Shown piece by piece: positions 35,440 through 49,257 of a stretch of 64,000 nucleotides of DNA (position 1 is its first letter; each line of letters starts with the position of its first letter). Location: NCBI GenBank assembly GCA_043228905.1, contig JBHGNT010000015.1, positions 14,384,001 to 14,448,000 on the forward strand, in the 5' to 3' direction. This DNA comes from Azolla caroliniana. Its lineage: Eukaryota; Plantae; Polypodiophyta. Under the pieces are notes generated by a model. The model worked only from the letters and a program-made list of their open reading frames with translations, made no database searches and was not told the origin of the DNA. The position numbers were made by a program, and so were the translations under genes.

Positions 35440-35815
35440 CCTTACCGGAGGATAGATGGGAGAGGATGAGAGGGGTCGTAATCGACCGGAGTTTACGAGA
35501 TCCGGCAGGCATAGGGCACCGGTTCACTAACGAGACACTACGGAAGTTGAAGATCGGTGGGGGTGGCTTCCTACTGCCGGTGGAGGAGGACCGGTTCTTG
35601 AGAATGCTCGAAAGGCACGAGAAAGCCTTACCGGAGGATAGATGGGAGAGGATGAGAGGGGTCGTAATCGACCGGAGTTTACGAGATCCGGCAGGCATAG
35701 GGCACCGGTTCACTGACGAGACACTACGGAAGTTGAAGATCGGTGGGGGTGGCTTCCTACTGCCGGTGGAGGAGGACCGGTTCTTGAGAATGCTCGAAAG
35801 GCACGAGAAAGCCTT
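35440..35815 (+). repeat. 186-bp in-frame tandem duplication in G3 pol
   Basis: LPEDRWERM...RHEKA occurs twice (35440, 35626) with one visible SNP and CCTT microhomology at the junction. Confidence 0.93.
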
Positions 35816-36073
35816 TGCGTTCTCCCCGAGGGAGATCGGGTATGTTGACCCGATCAACGTTGAATCGATGGTAATATTCACAGTATTGCATGTACCGTGA
35901 AACCTGAAGCCGATTTTGGTACCGAGGGCTAGCATCCTGAAGTTGATGGAGTTGTTCAAGGAGAAGGTGGAGATGGGGATTCTCGAACCTTAGAGTGCCC
36001 CTTATTCGAATTGGTGGTTTACGATGCTAAAGAAGAACAACACGTTGTGTTTCATCCAAGACTTGCAACCTGT

Positions 36074-36986
36074 CAATAGTGTTGTCGACCACGGAAGTCG
36101 AGTATATGGTTGCAGCGGAAGCCTACAAGGAGATAATTTGGATGAAGGAGTTCATCGGAGAGTTGGGAATTCGGCAAGAGGAATTCTGACTCCACTACGA
36201 TAACCAGAGTGCCATCCACGTTGCGAAAAATGCCGCCTACCACTCGAGGACCAAGCACATCCAAAGAAGATACCATTGTCTCCGAGAGCAAGTAGAAGAA
36301 AAGGAGTTTGATCTGATGAAGATCCACACGACCGAAAATGGGTCGGACATACTAACGAAAGTGTTGTCAGTAGAAACACTGAACGAGTGTCGATAGAGGG
36401 TCGGATTGGTGAAGTACCCCATGCCGGAGTGTAGGCGGAGTTTGTTGGGAAAATAGATCCCTCCGGATGGGAAGAAGAGAATGAACCAAATCGAAGCCAC
36501 ATTCGGTCGAGGCCGAAATCGAAATCGAGAACTGAAATCGAAAATCAACTTAATAGCCGATTCGGGGGACTATAGTTGTAAATAGTCAGATTGTGCCCTT
36601 GGTGGGCCATATTTGTAAATAGCCTTGAATGTTGTATTAGTATATAAACATCTAGGGAAATCATTATGTGAGTTGAGTGTTGATCATTATTGTAGTATGG
36701 TTAGAGAAGGTTGTTGCCTCTGTAATTGTGAGAGAGTGAGAGACTGACAGAGTAAGAGTGTGAGTAACTCTGCAACCGTCATTTTGACGAAGACGAGCTC
36801 GAGGTTGTTACCTCCGAGTCTCCTTATAGCGATTATGTTTCTCGGGGTTTGTGGACCCCCATGGTTTTTCCCTTTTTTAGGTTTTCCACGTAAAATATTT
36901 GTCTCATTTCTGAGTTTCTCGTTTTTCTGTCTATGCATTACCTTGCTCGTTTCCTTTGCACCCGAACACGTATTCGTGAGCACAAC
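36074..36986 (+). mobile_element. Copia 3' fragment (RNase H, PPT, LTR from 36443)
   Basis: LSTTEVEY...AYHSRTKHIQRRYH remnant; LTR start TGTTGGGAAAATAGATCCCTCCGGATGGG. Confidence 0.8.
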
Positions 36987-37014
36987 TGGTTGTGGTTGGT
37001 CACGATCCTAATAT

Positions 37015-37191
37015 AACTTTAGGGCTATTTACAAATATGGCCTCTACAGACACATCCGAACATATTTACTAATATGTCCCTACTTTTGGTTCACACCGGA
37101 TACCTTCCGGATCCATCCGGTCCGGTTTCTTCCTTTGGCTCATCTAATCCGGCTCATCCGGTTCCCATCCAGAGGGATCGATTTCCCAACA
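37015..37191 (-). repeat. Copia LTR remnant (possibly the 5' LTR of C0)
   Basis: Reverse complement begins TGTTGGGAAATCGATCCCTCTGGATGGG and contains the conserved ATATTTGTAAATAGCCC module. Confidence 0.7.
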
Positions 37192-37249
37192 AAATGTAAG
37201 AATTAAGTCTTTTACATTATTACAAAGTCTACATCAGTATTAATCTATA

Positions 37250-38030
37250 AAGTCTTCTTCATACGAAGGGATATCACACGCAAAAGGATGGAAATCTATC
37301 ATAAGACAAGGCAAGATGAGCTCTTTATCATGACCTTTGAATATGTTGATGATTGTCCTTACAACATTCATGAAACTCCCTGATAAACCTATCCAAATTT
37401 GTTGAAAATCGAGAAGTTTTCTCTAATAATGGGGCAAACCATGATAGGGCCATGATAATGTTGTATCAATCAACTAGGATCAAACTCTAGCTATGTCGGT
37501 TAGATATTATATAGGATGCATGTGAAATAATAAATGAACCTGGTTTAAAATCCTCAAATTTGAGACAATGTATCATCAAACTTACTTGGCAAGCTAATCG
37601 TAAGCTCCTTTGAAGAGTAGTATTGTGTAGAACCTTGTCGTCGCAAAGATATTAGTTATTTGGAGTTGATAGACTTGTTTGGAAAGTTCATCATGTTGTC
37701 TTGCCTTATGGACCCTCACTTTTTGTAAATCTTGATGTAACTCTTGGTTCCCTTGTTCTATTGCCATTAATTTGGTTGTGTGGCAATCTAGCTTAGCTAG
37801 AACCCTCAGATATTCATCCCTAGTAACGTACTCCACTGGGATGCATTTGAATGATGAGTCATACTTACTTAAAAATCTCCTAAATTGAGACCTCGTACCA
37901 TCAAATTGTGCGGGTATGCTAATCTTGGTTTCTTTAATAACCCCTTGATCTCCTATCGAATGTTGTTGCAAAGCCACCAACACCGACTCTAATTGTTGTA
38001 TGCATCATGTGAACTCATCATGATGTTGTT
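37250..38030 (-). mobile_element. Degenerate chromovirus-like gag fragment
   Basis: ETKISIPAQFDGTRSQFRRFL resembles the G2 gag segment EPKISLLDKF...LRDFINQI. Confidence 0.45.
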
Positions 38031-38204
38031 TTTCCATAGTCATCTTTTCAAGATCCTCAAGCAATCATTGATTCTCCATCTCAAGCACCACAAATTTGGT
38101 TTTAGGGCTTTGCAATTTAGAGACAACAATCATAAAATCTTGTTAGCTAACAACAGCCATAGTTATATAGGACTTAGGAGGTGGATAAAGAAAGGGGAAT
38201 TCTG

Positions 38205-39640
38205 GTTCGAACTGTCATGGTGAGCTCAACTATTGCTAAGTTGTATAGCAATATCATGGAGCAAATGATAAGTGCATGGGCTTAAATTCAAAACAAACAA
38301 GTGCTTAGGCAAGCAAGTTTGAGACGAAAATACTCCACGATAGATCATCTTGTTACATTAAGAGTAATTATGGAAGAAAGTTGACTACAAGGAAAGACAC
38401 TCTATTGTTGCTTTGTTTATTTTTTAAAAACATTTGATAGAATACCACGAAGTGAGCTTTGAAATAAAATGGTGGAAATTGGCATCCCATTAGAGTATCA
38501 AGTTGTTATTGCATGATTATATGAGCAAGTTAGATGATAACTAAAAACTTAGAATGATTTCTCATAACACTTTTTAAGTAACATGGGGGTTATGCAAGGA
38601 TGTCCATCGTCACCTACACTCTTTTGTTTATGGATTGATAAATTGGAAGACGTGGTAAATAAGGTTGCAAGAGAAGAAGGATTAGATGCCACAAAACTTA
38701 TGCAACATGTTATCTTACTGCTTTTACATACAGATGACATGGTTATCTTTTTATATGGTGTTGATGGTATGCAACGTTTGTTGGAGCATTCAAAGAATTT
38801 TGCCAAAGTAGTGGACTAACTGTAAATATGGAAACAAAAATGATGATAGTGCAAACCATCGAACCTCACAAATACCCTATTCTTACATATAACGGAGAAC
38901 ATGTACAATTTGTACAAAGCTTTAAGTATCTTGGCATCTATGTACTTGTGACAAAGAGCGTGCTTTGAATCTAGACTTCAAGTTGGTTGCAAAAGTTACT
39001 ATATGTTGAAAAATAGATGCTACCAAAGTGATACTCATGGATACAAAGTGAAACTATTATTATTTAATGTTGTGGTAACACAAGTTTGCTTTACAGAGTA
39101 GAACTATGAGGAATCCCTATCTCTCTTCATATATGAGATTGAGAACATTCACTACATGTGTTTGAGGAGACAATTTGGAGTTAAATCCACCACCTCCTAT
39201 CAAGTTATGCTCTTGAAAAAAGGTGTCTAATCTATAGAGATATTGGCGCTATAGAGAGTATATAGATACATTACAAAAGCCAAGAATATGCCAAATCATT
39301 GATTATTGAATCGTGCTTGGAATGTTGGATATAAACTACAAAAGAATCACAAGAGCAAAATTCTCTCATCTACTAGGTAATTGACATCAAAAAATAGTTC
39401 AAAAGAGGGATGTAAAAGATCACCTAGAGCTTTCAAGTGATGTTATGAAATATGTTGTTATTGAGGAAAGATTAATGAACCTACTAAGGAAGAAGTGGAA
39501 AGATGCTAAAAGGACAAAATTAGAATATTACACTACAAACATCAATCCTAAATGTTGAGCTCTATGTAGGGCAAGAAAGCCTATTGATCGTATTCAACCT
39601 TACCTCATTACTAACATGAGTATTAACTGTCGTAGAGCAC
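38205..39640 (+). mobile_element. Non-LTR retrotransposon (LINE) reverse transcriptase remnant
   Basis: STIDHLVTLRVIMEE...LYCCFV.F.KTFD.IPR; GVMQGCPSSPTLF; LLHTDDMV; FKYLGI. Many stops. Confidence 0.8.
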
Positions 39641-39992
39641 TAAACACACTTGTGTTTCACTACATGTCCCACACTGATCCCACAATGTTGTCTCAACAAT
39701 TGCTTAATCCCTGTCAATGTGCTTTGAATGCATATGCCAATCTCATATTCTTCAATTCTATGTTCACACTGGAGTTCCTTAGATTCTATTGAGCAAAATA
39801 CCCTCAATGCTATTGGCAGCAAAACAGAAGAAAAGCCTCTTACCCTATCAGTAGTTTTTCCTCCTATTTTGCAAATGGTTTCAACAAATTTACTGCATTC
39901 ATACTGAGGATTATTCTTAAACAAGCAAACTGTTACAAATCCACTCAAACGTTGAAAACAAAAATTCCCATACAAACAGAAACCCTTTTTTG

Positions 39993-42900
39993 TTACTGCC
40001 ACCCAGCCACATAATCTAGGACAGCAACAAGGCCAAGAGAGAAAGGATATAAAAGCAATGCAATGCCAGCCATCCATGTGGGGAACACTGTCCTGAAAGA
40101 CGCCAATAAACCCATGATAATGGTGACAAGGCATACAATTAGCACCTCTGACGAGAAGTCCCATACGAGATCTCGGAAGTACACCAATGCCAAGAAGATA
40201 CCTAATCCCATTGTACAATTCATCGTCACACCTCCGTAGATCTGTAATACATCATGAATCAAGAACACTAGTCATCCTCTCCTCATCTCATTTTACACAC
40301 AATTCACAAGACAGATTTATCATCAAGCCCTATAATCTTATATGGGTACACACCTATGTCATGCATTCTAGGACCTCTTCACAGAGACAGGCAAATATGC
40401 ACACAATTCTATGGAAGAACATATCTGCCAATCGTGCTTTCGAGATGTGGAATCAGATAAAAACTGTTCACTAATCTTATTTTCTATGGAATTAAGGGGG
40501 AGATACCACAGCCTCTTCAAACAGGATTTGCCCCACATACAAGGTAATGGAATAAGAAAACCAACAATGGTTGGAAACCTTCTTGCTAAAAATCAAGAGA
40601 AAATAGAAGTTATTGTAGACAACAATAAAACCACGAACTTGTCTTCTGCACCACTCATGTTACAAGCAATCAAAGGCTACACAAGCAGGTTCTCAATCAA
40701 ACATTCAAAAGGGGTTAAAATAGATCGGGAAGCAGCAATTTGTCATCCATTTAAACCACATCACCCTTGTTGTTGACAAATTAAGGTCATCATCACCAGA
40801 CACCGAATGTACTCTTTTACTTCGGAGTCCTCTCCAGCTTGGATTGGCCCTTCTTGGAGATCTTTCGAAGGCAGAAGTTTCAGTCCATCTAAGCTCAGAA
40901 TCTTAAGATCTTAGTTAATGAGATTATCTGGTATTTTAGCTGGTTTTACTAATTTTGTTACATTTCTTTTGGTTTGTTGTCAGAAAGATGAAAGAACAAG
41001 ATGTAATCACTCATTTGGCTTCCGCATCTTTTCAAAATTTTGTATAAAATATAAGGCATCACATTTGACTAGTACATAGCCAATGATACTAGTTCTCTTT
41101 ATTGCATGTGAGGACATCAGGCATGATTTTCAGGATTCCCTACAAGGTTGTATTAGCTTTCAAGGACTCCTAATGAGAACTAACACATCGCCAATGACAC
41201 TACACAAGCTTTTGCTTGTCAACTCAACAAAACAAATTTATGGAAGGCCAAAACTGTGAGTTTGGAAACCAGCGTTTCCGTTTTCTTTGAATTCTATCAT
41301 TTCCTCCACCAACACGACTGGGAGGAGTGCTTTGTAGCAATTGTTGATTCTGTGGATCATTTGGAATCCCTGCAAACACTAATTTGTCATCATCATCTTT
41401 GAATTCAGTGCCAAATGCTATTAACAGAAGGTGAGACGCTTCCCTTGAGGCTGAGGCACTATAGGTAAGTTACTTACATTTATAAAGTAGCCTATAGTGT
41501 AGTACATGTTAGGACTCATCAAAACGCTTGCAACATTCATCTATGAAAGGGTGTAGTAAGATAATCTCATATGACCCAGTGGTATCACTGATGAAAATAA
41601 AATATTTCAGCTCAATTTCTCTTACCAATCCTACGGGTTAAGGTTCATAGAGACTCATGTTGTCCAACAGTATTCATCCACTTCAACGAAAATGTTTAAG
41701 ACTGCCATGGCATTCTGAAACCACCTTCCAAATGAGAAAATGTCAATACAAAAAGGGTACGGCACGTCACTTTGTTCTTCCAGGTTTCTCTTCATCAGTA
41801 TAAAAAGAGCTTCGCTTGAATAAAAATGTTACCATCAGTGCTGCTAAACGCCATTTGAATCAGAGACACCTCAGACAGGGAATGAAAATGGAAAATGCAA
41901 ACAGGGTCAGGGACTGTACAACAGGAAATGAAGTCGGGAAAAGGGGTCAAGGACACCAGATATGGAAGGTTAAAAAATATAAATATTTACATAAAAAACG
42001 AATTCATAAAATAGTTATGTGTTTATCACTTTGATAATGAAAATAAAGATAAGACTTAAATTTAACATCTATAACGAGGATTTAAGCTTGAAGATTTATC
42101 GTTTAGACTCTAGAAAATGAATTAAATCATTAAGGCTGAACAATAGGAACTAAATGACTCTCAATAAATGGAAGAAATAGGGAAGAACAAGGGAGTTACA
42201 GAAATGGATAAAGAAGTAAAGTTTTGAGATTTGAAGGTTCATTTCCAATAAGGGATTGCACTTATTACCTATCTTCCCAAAGTTAAGAGTGTAAGTGTGA
42301 GTCAAGGGGACATCCCCCTGTGAGAAAGGTTAATCGAGGGATGTCCCCAACCACAGCATTCCAGCCAGACAGCATAGCAAATACTGGAAATGAATTAATT
42401 AATCCTCGAGATTCGTATACTAACTCATGTCAAATACTGGAAATGAATTTGAAATAATTACGTATTTTTACCTGGGAGTATGTCAATGACATATTCCTCT
42501 TTTTCTTGCGAGCTGAGAAGAGGATAGATGATACTGCTTCACTTGAGTTTGAAGCAAGCGGAAGTAAAACAAAGGAGATGAAAAAAGATGGGATATGACT
42601 TGATGTAGAGAACTCTGATACAGCATCCACGAGCGGATCTGCAAACACAGCTGCAATGATAGTCCCCATGATTAGCAGCAACACTGCTTTTCTGATTATC
42701 TGAGATTTGGTCCGTAAGCCGTTTTCTGCTTCTTCTTCTTCTGTTTCTTCGCGCTCAAGTCTCTCGAGATCGTCCAGATAAGTCCGTGCCTGAATGCATA
42801 TAACCCATGATGAAAATTGCTGACAGAATCTTCTGAGAAAGAAGACTTCCAACCATATTTATTTGAACAAACTAAATTGAGACAAACAAAAACAAAAACT

Positions 42901-45900
42901 GAAAAGCTCTTGAATGAGAAGCTCACTCGGTTCAGTTTTTCCTGATTCAATTCTATACTCCATTTCCGTAAACCATTCAGAAATTCATCAAATGTTATTT
43001 TCTCATCATGGTTAACGTCATATTCCTCCATAATCTGGTTTGATGACATCTCAGCAGACTGATTGCCTTCACCTTCAACAAAAGCAACTGCCAATACAAG
43101 CCTGAGTTCTTTTCTTTCCACTAGGCCATCCCCATTGTTGTCAATTGTTTCAAATAGCCTGAGGAAACATGATAATATACCAGCTGAATTATTCAGCGCA
43201 TAATTAAATCAAGTAATAATCAAATGAAAATGGAAACTTGGACCAATAAATCAGCATTCTTTTGAATGTTAAGACAGATGTTCAAGACATAAGTTCTCCC
43301 TCCATTATCACTGATTTCAACAAGGGGTACACAGTGCACGCTTCACTTACTTTTTGGCAACATCAAGATCTACGATCCCACGGTCATTGATCAAATGAGC
43401 ATTCGGAACTTTATGACGAAAATGCTTCAGTACACCATCCTTTAATAGAACCTTTTGTGCTATTTCTTTCCGTCGCATCTGTATCAGTGGAGTGAATACC
43501 TGTAATATAGTGCAATACAAACAGTTCACAAACAATCAGCTATCTTCAGGCACTAGCAATCATATATTCAACATAGTTCCATTTTTAAACATAATATTTA
43601 ATATATGATCACGGTGTAGGAATAACTGGACCTATGTTGCACAATGATGCATCTTGTGAGGTTGTGCTGTTGGTTTAAGACAAGGATAAAAACTGATGAT
43701 TTTTTGTAGATTTATTAAGAGCATATAAGCAAGCTAGATCAGCTATATAGTCATCGGAAGAATGTGTTGAAGAAAATTCATGATGTTTTGGAGGATGCAA
43801 GCAAAGACGTCGAGAGGAAGAAAGCAATGTTTATATGCCGAACGATATCTCAAAGAGTTAGCACACAAGATTCCAAGACGTGGATATTTATGAACACCAA
43901 CAAGGGGATAGTGCTTCCAATTAGCAAAGGGTTTTACACAGAGCAAAAGGCGTGACAAACTGAAGCAATGTATCATCCTAAGACATTTAAATTTTCCTAA
44001 GACATTTGTTGCAATGTTTTCACACTGTGCTCTAGCAAAAAACGTTTTGCAGTGCATTTTGCTCCTTTGCCTGTCCTCCATTCCTTCATTCTCGTTTCCT
44101 CTGCATTTCTGCTATGTTTACTACAAAATATAATTGCTTCTCCATAGGAGGCATATGAATATGAAACCATATTATTCAAAACCAGTCCTCTAAACTCCAG
44201 AGACTGCAGCCTGGAAATCTCCTCTGAAGATTATTCACCTCCCATGTTTCAACAATTTCTTCGAGGCTAATGGGCATCCTGGAAAAAAAGTCAAATAGTT
44301 TTCTATTGACCATTCATTGGCTTCTTTCTCTGATAACCTGTTCTTAAAGCAATGAAACAAGAGTGTTATCCCAACAACTTTACTGGGAGCTGCCAGCCAT
44401 TCACAGGGAACCCTTGACTGTATTATTCATACTCTATTGATGGGACCATTGATATAATCTATTTAAGGGAACTTCATCCATTGGACATCCCTTAATATGA
44501 AAATTCAAAGTGGAAGTAATTATAGCAGACTTAGCTTTAAGAAATAAACATAACAGGTAGCAAACCTGGAACAGACAGTAGCTCAACAGTCCAGCCAAGG
44601 ATAGCACTAAAGCTACTATGATAGGAATATTCCCAATGCCAGTGAAATTAAATATTCTTGAAAGTTGGGCTACAATGAAAGGAATAACAGATAAGATCAT
44701 GATTCGAGCTGACAGCATGGTCAACTCATCATTTTCGACTCCCGTTCCTGCACCAACAATACAAGAAAAGTAAGGAAGACCATATAATGATATAAAAGTG
44801 TAAAGGTAACTTTTCCTGCAAGACCCAATTTGAAGAATATTTTTAAAATTTTCCAGAAAGAAAAACAAACTAATAGAAGATATTGTTGATACCTGTCAGA
44901 TCAAAATGCCTTGTAAGTTTTTTGTCTTCTGCGGTAAGCTTGTGGCTATCATCAACCTTTAAGTCACATCGTCCAAGTAAAAGGCAGCTTCCCCACAGAA
45001 CCGTTAAGAGCATCACAATTGACCCTGCTAGCAACCCAATACCAACTAGTATCTGTTCCTGAGCTTCCGTTTGTGTGCCGCCTAAGCCAGACACTACCAA
45101 ACAGCAAGAAACTCATTACACCAGTATTCTGCTGCTGATGAGAGTAGCAAGACATATGCATATTATAAAGTCTGATAAGATCCTACAAACCATAAAAACA
45201 GTTTTTTAAACATGCTTGTTTATTTCACCAACATATCTAGAAGGATGCTGAAGCTTACTTAATAATCAGAAACAGAACAATCTCCCTAGCTTAATTTGCA
45301 GTTAATTTTTTTATGCATTCTATTTGTTTCACCAAACATATACGGAAAGGGTATATATACTATCTATACATGTTATGCTGTAACATACTTCTCATCTTAC
45401 AAGATTGAAATGACCCAAATTATCTGATGCGAACCATATTTTAAGGTTTATTTGGACTTAAACTTTACCTTGATGCTTTAGTCCAAATATACTTGTATTT
45501 TAATATAGTGTACGATGATGAAAACAAGATCTATGCATCTGATTAGAACATAACGCCAAATCATGTGCGCATAAAACTGTGTGGTCAAGCAAACGTACGC
45601 AATATTAGACTTTGTGTTCTCAAACCAAGTTGCATGGAGATAATCATTGCTGGTTTGCTGAATTACAAGAATGATTCCTATCACATGGCACAAATATAAA
45701 TGCATTACCCTAGTTTGAAATATAGGTTGGATTGTCCACACTTGGACATGACAAAGTAGAAAAGAACAGAGTGATATGAACTGATATCATCAAATTTGAT
45801 AATGAAAGAATCCGGATCAGCCCCACAACAGCTCTTGGTAGGAATATGACACGCGCAAAGGGCCACTTTTTCCATTCAGCACAACATGGATAAATCATCA

Positions 45901-47000
45901 GGCCTCTTATATGGATACACATCTCTGTATTGTGCTTCATAGTGTGATAAGGCAACTCAAGACTTTTTCACATCAATTGTATTATCAGGATATGGAGTCG
46001 AAGTCTATATGATGTTTATGTCAGGAGGGGATACCCGAAGACCAGTTTTCTGGAAATTCACCTTTAAATTTACTTCCTAAATTATCTAGTTGAAAGCAAA
46101 CTTCATTTGAAGATGAGTCAAATACTTCAGACAAATCATTATTTTCACAGAATTTAACTTCACTTTGATAGTGTGGAGAGGTAAGGTGACATAAAATTAC
46201 CTCAGCTATCAAGTCATCTGCCTAATATTATTCAATTTAGAGTGGGTAAATGTGTGGAGAGGTAGGTTTAAGCATATTCCCCGTTCTACATCCTTGTGCT
46301 CAAATCTAATGGTATTGTGCTAATAACTACTAGAGAGCGTCAGACCTAGAGTCTAAGACCATTCTCTACCAAGAATGACGACAATGGTTGTCCATTGCAT
46401 TCTGAAGAATTGTTTCCCAGATATACATACAACATATGTATCCATGTATGGACGGATTGACGCATGTATGTATGTATGTAAGTAAGTAAGTAAGTTTGTA
46501 TGTATGTATGTAAAGGATGAGAAAGAGTTAGATGAGGCATTACCAAGTATAAGAATGGAATCGGGTAGGGCACCCAAGATCGGAAGGAGAAGGCCGCCGA
46601 TGAGACCCACATCGAGAATGGTGAGGAGAAGCTCACTGCCTTTCGCCATAAGCTTTGCTGCAACATAGAGTAGGTAGGCATAGACTGCCAGGAGGAAGAG
46701 ATTTCCAAGGACTGAATCGGTGCAGGGGAGGAACCCATATGTGGGTTCGCAAGAAGATGATGATTTGATGGAAGATGCATTAGTATCTGATGAAGTGGAC
46801 CCTGGAATATCTTCTATTATGGCTTCATCCGAGAATGTAGTGTAGCCGATGGAATGGAAGTGGTCATCTGAGAGCAGCAAGGGGCGTGGGCTAAAAGGGG
46901 TAGCTGAAGAAGGAAAGGAAGAAGAGAGTATGAATGATAAAATCATGAACAAAGAGAAGAAGGGTATTGAAAATGAAGAAGAAGAAGAAGAAGAAGCCAT
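39993..47000 (-). CDS. NCL: Na+/Ca2+ exchanger-like protein with two EF-hands (NCL/EFCAX family), ~595 aa, 7 exons
   Basis: GT-AG, phase-consistent exons 47000-46544, 45093-44893, 44747-44566, 43499-43351, 43158-42927, 42789-42472, 40241-39993. Signal peptide, CEPTYGFLPC, GLIGGLLLPILGALPD, EF-hands DNNGDGLVERKEL and DVNHDEKITFDEF, FADPLVDAV, PLASNSSEAVS, LTYSQIYGGVTMN. Confidence 0.93.
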
Positions 47001-47120
47001 GGACTCTCCTTTAATCTCTCCTACTTTACTGAGCACACAGAGAGAGGGAGGTTAGTCTCAGCATTTTACTGCTTGGCTCTTCCTTCGTGGAGTTCAGTTT
47101 GCTTCACTTCCTCTGCATGC

Positions 47121-47267
47121 ATGTATGTATGTATGTATGTATGTATGTATGTATGATTGTTTGTTTGTTTGTTTGTTTGTATGTATGATTGTTTGTTTGT
47201 TTGTATGTATGATTGTTTGTTTGTTTGTATGTATGTATGTTTGTTTGTATGTATGTATGTATGTATG

Positions 47268-47301
<34 letters not shown>

Positions 47302-47509
47302 TGTATGTATGTATGTATGTATGTATGTATGTATGTATGTATGTATGTTTGTTTGTTTGTATGTATGTATGTATGTTTGTGTGTATGTATGTATGTATGT
47401 ATGTATGTATGTATGTATGTATGTATGTATGTATGTATGTATGTATGTATGTATGTATGTATGTATGTATGTATGTATGTATGTATGTATGTATGTATGT
47501 ATGTATGTA

Positions 47510-47567
<58 letters not shown>
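47121..47567. repeat. Compound microsatellite (TATG)n/(TTTG)n/(TG)n
   Basis: About 450 bp of tetra- and dinucleotide repeats, starting ~120 bp upstream of the NCL ATG. Confidence 0.97.
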
Positions 47568-49257
47568 CATTCTTGCATGTAAGATTGTAGCTTATCTATT
47601 CATACATTCTATTCAGATAAGGGCGTAGACAATATTCTTTTATTTTTGTTTCAAAGATATCCATTCATTAGTACACACTTGCTCCTGTCAAGTGATGGAT
47701 CAGCTACCATCTAAGCCACGAGTGGAATACCTTTCGAGAGACTAATAAACTCAAGATAGGGAGTAATTGTAACATCTGAAACCCCAGTAAACCCATCCCA
47801 TTGTGCTTTTAAAGCATGGACAATGTCCAACCAAATATTATGCACTGCGTCAATTGGCAAGGACCCTTACTATATGAAAAATAAGAATGATCAAGTTGTA
47901 GTATATATTGGGAATTCCTAGTAATTCCCATAATGGTTGCATCTCCTTTCTTCTTCTTAAAATTTGCACAGTCACTAAGGGAACTATGGAGACAATTTCA
48001 TAACAAGTATTGAAATTTTGGTCAAGAGGCACAACATCATAACAGAACACATAGCAAACAAGTGATGTCCAAACCACCATTCCCGACGTGAATACAGATT
48101 GTGGAAAGTAGTTGGCAAAGATTCTAAGAAGACATTTCCATACACCAATTGGGACTCAAGGCATTCCCATAAACAATGCTTCTATGATTCCTATTCATCG
48201 ATCTCAATTAGAGGATACACCCATTTTATGCTTCTATTACCAAGAGGCAAGGGTTGATGCGCAAGCAACCATTGCAAATGAATGATTTAGCATGATTATT
48301 TCCTTGCCCAGAGCTTTCCCTAGGACTTAGAATGAAATTTTCGGAGTAAGACAATGTTGACTCTAGTATTAAAATATTTGGTGAATTAGACAATATGTAT
48401 ACACCTAATTACATAGAATATTGTAAAATTTTGAATTTGTTACTAACAAACAGATCTCTCCACCAATTGGGTCCCATGCTAGCCTAAACTAAGGCTCCTT
48501 ACCTTACACCCACAACTGCCAATGCAACTTTATGTCCTCTTTTGATGGGAGGGCATAGACAAGGTTGTGAAATACATGCTTATGGTTTTGCTTAAGAACT
48601 CCGACCAACTTCTTATAATTGAATGGGCAAGAAAGAAAAAACATTAAACACACACACACACATCACAAATATAGAGTTCCCATAATGCAAAACTTGCAAA
48701 ACAATGATGTGTCAATATATTCCACAAAGATGAGGTTTTTACAACATGAGAGATATATGAGGCTCATGCTTTGCACATTTTATTAGGTCGGCTCTTAAAA
48801 TCTCACGTTAGACTTGCTCTTACAACAAAACATGGAGTGTGTGAATGTACTTTTTCTCCTTTCATTTTCTTTAAATTGAACTTTTGATCGAAAGTTCATT
48901 CAATGGGAAAGAAATGAAATATTAAAATTATTTTGGATGTACGATGTCTAAGATCTAGTATTCAAGCACAGGAAATGAACATTTGTAGTTTAGCTCTTGA
49001 ATTCAGGGAGAGGTGACAATGACATGTGGAGCTACTTCTATTCAACAACATGGAGCTTCTTTAAAGCTACTACATTCATCTCTATTAGCTCATGACTTAA
49101 TGTGGGTAGATTGTTATAATATTTGGAAATAGTAGACATATTCTTAAATTATGGTTGTGTGAGCAATAACATTGGCCAAATAAAGTCTAAGAAACAACAT
49201 TTAATGAAAACATTGGGTTGTTAAATCTAATAAACAATTGGATTATGTGGGACTAGG

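Larger units (their letters stand above)
22506..36073 (+). mobile_element. Degenerate Ty3/gypsy G3 (G1 family), interrupted by copia C2 and C3
   Basis: Shortened LTR 22506-22710, partial PBS TGGTGAA 22715-22721, gag remnants 22722-23590 and 29143-29530, protease (LIDHG.EINLMS ~29590), frameshift cassette 29973-30038, RT N-terminus 35381-36073. Confidence 0.82.

Noticed and set aside
39640-40218. 192-aa minus-strand ORF
   Set aside because: Alternative frame over NCL exon 7 and its 3' UTR; the conserved frame is 39993-40241.
46353-47036. 227-aa ORF as a standalone gene
   Set aside because: It is NCL exon 1 reading through the donor site at 46543 into intron 1.
47066-47628. Long HTYI/MYVC ORFs on both strands
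   Set aside because: Translations of a microsatellite.
47760-48330. Possible additional LINE ORF2 remnant
   Set aside because: No recognisable motif could be read with confidence.
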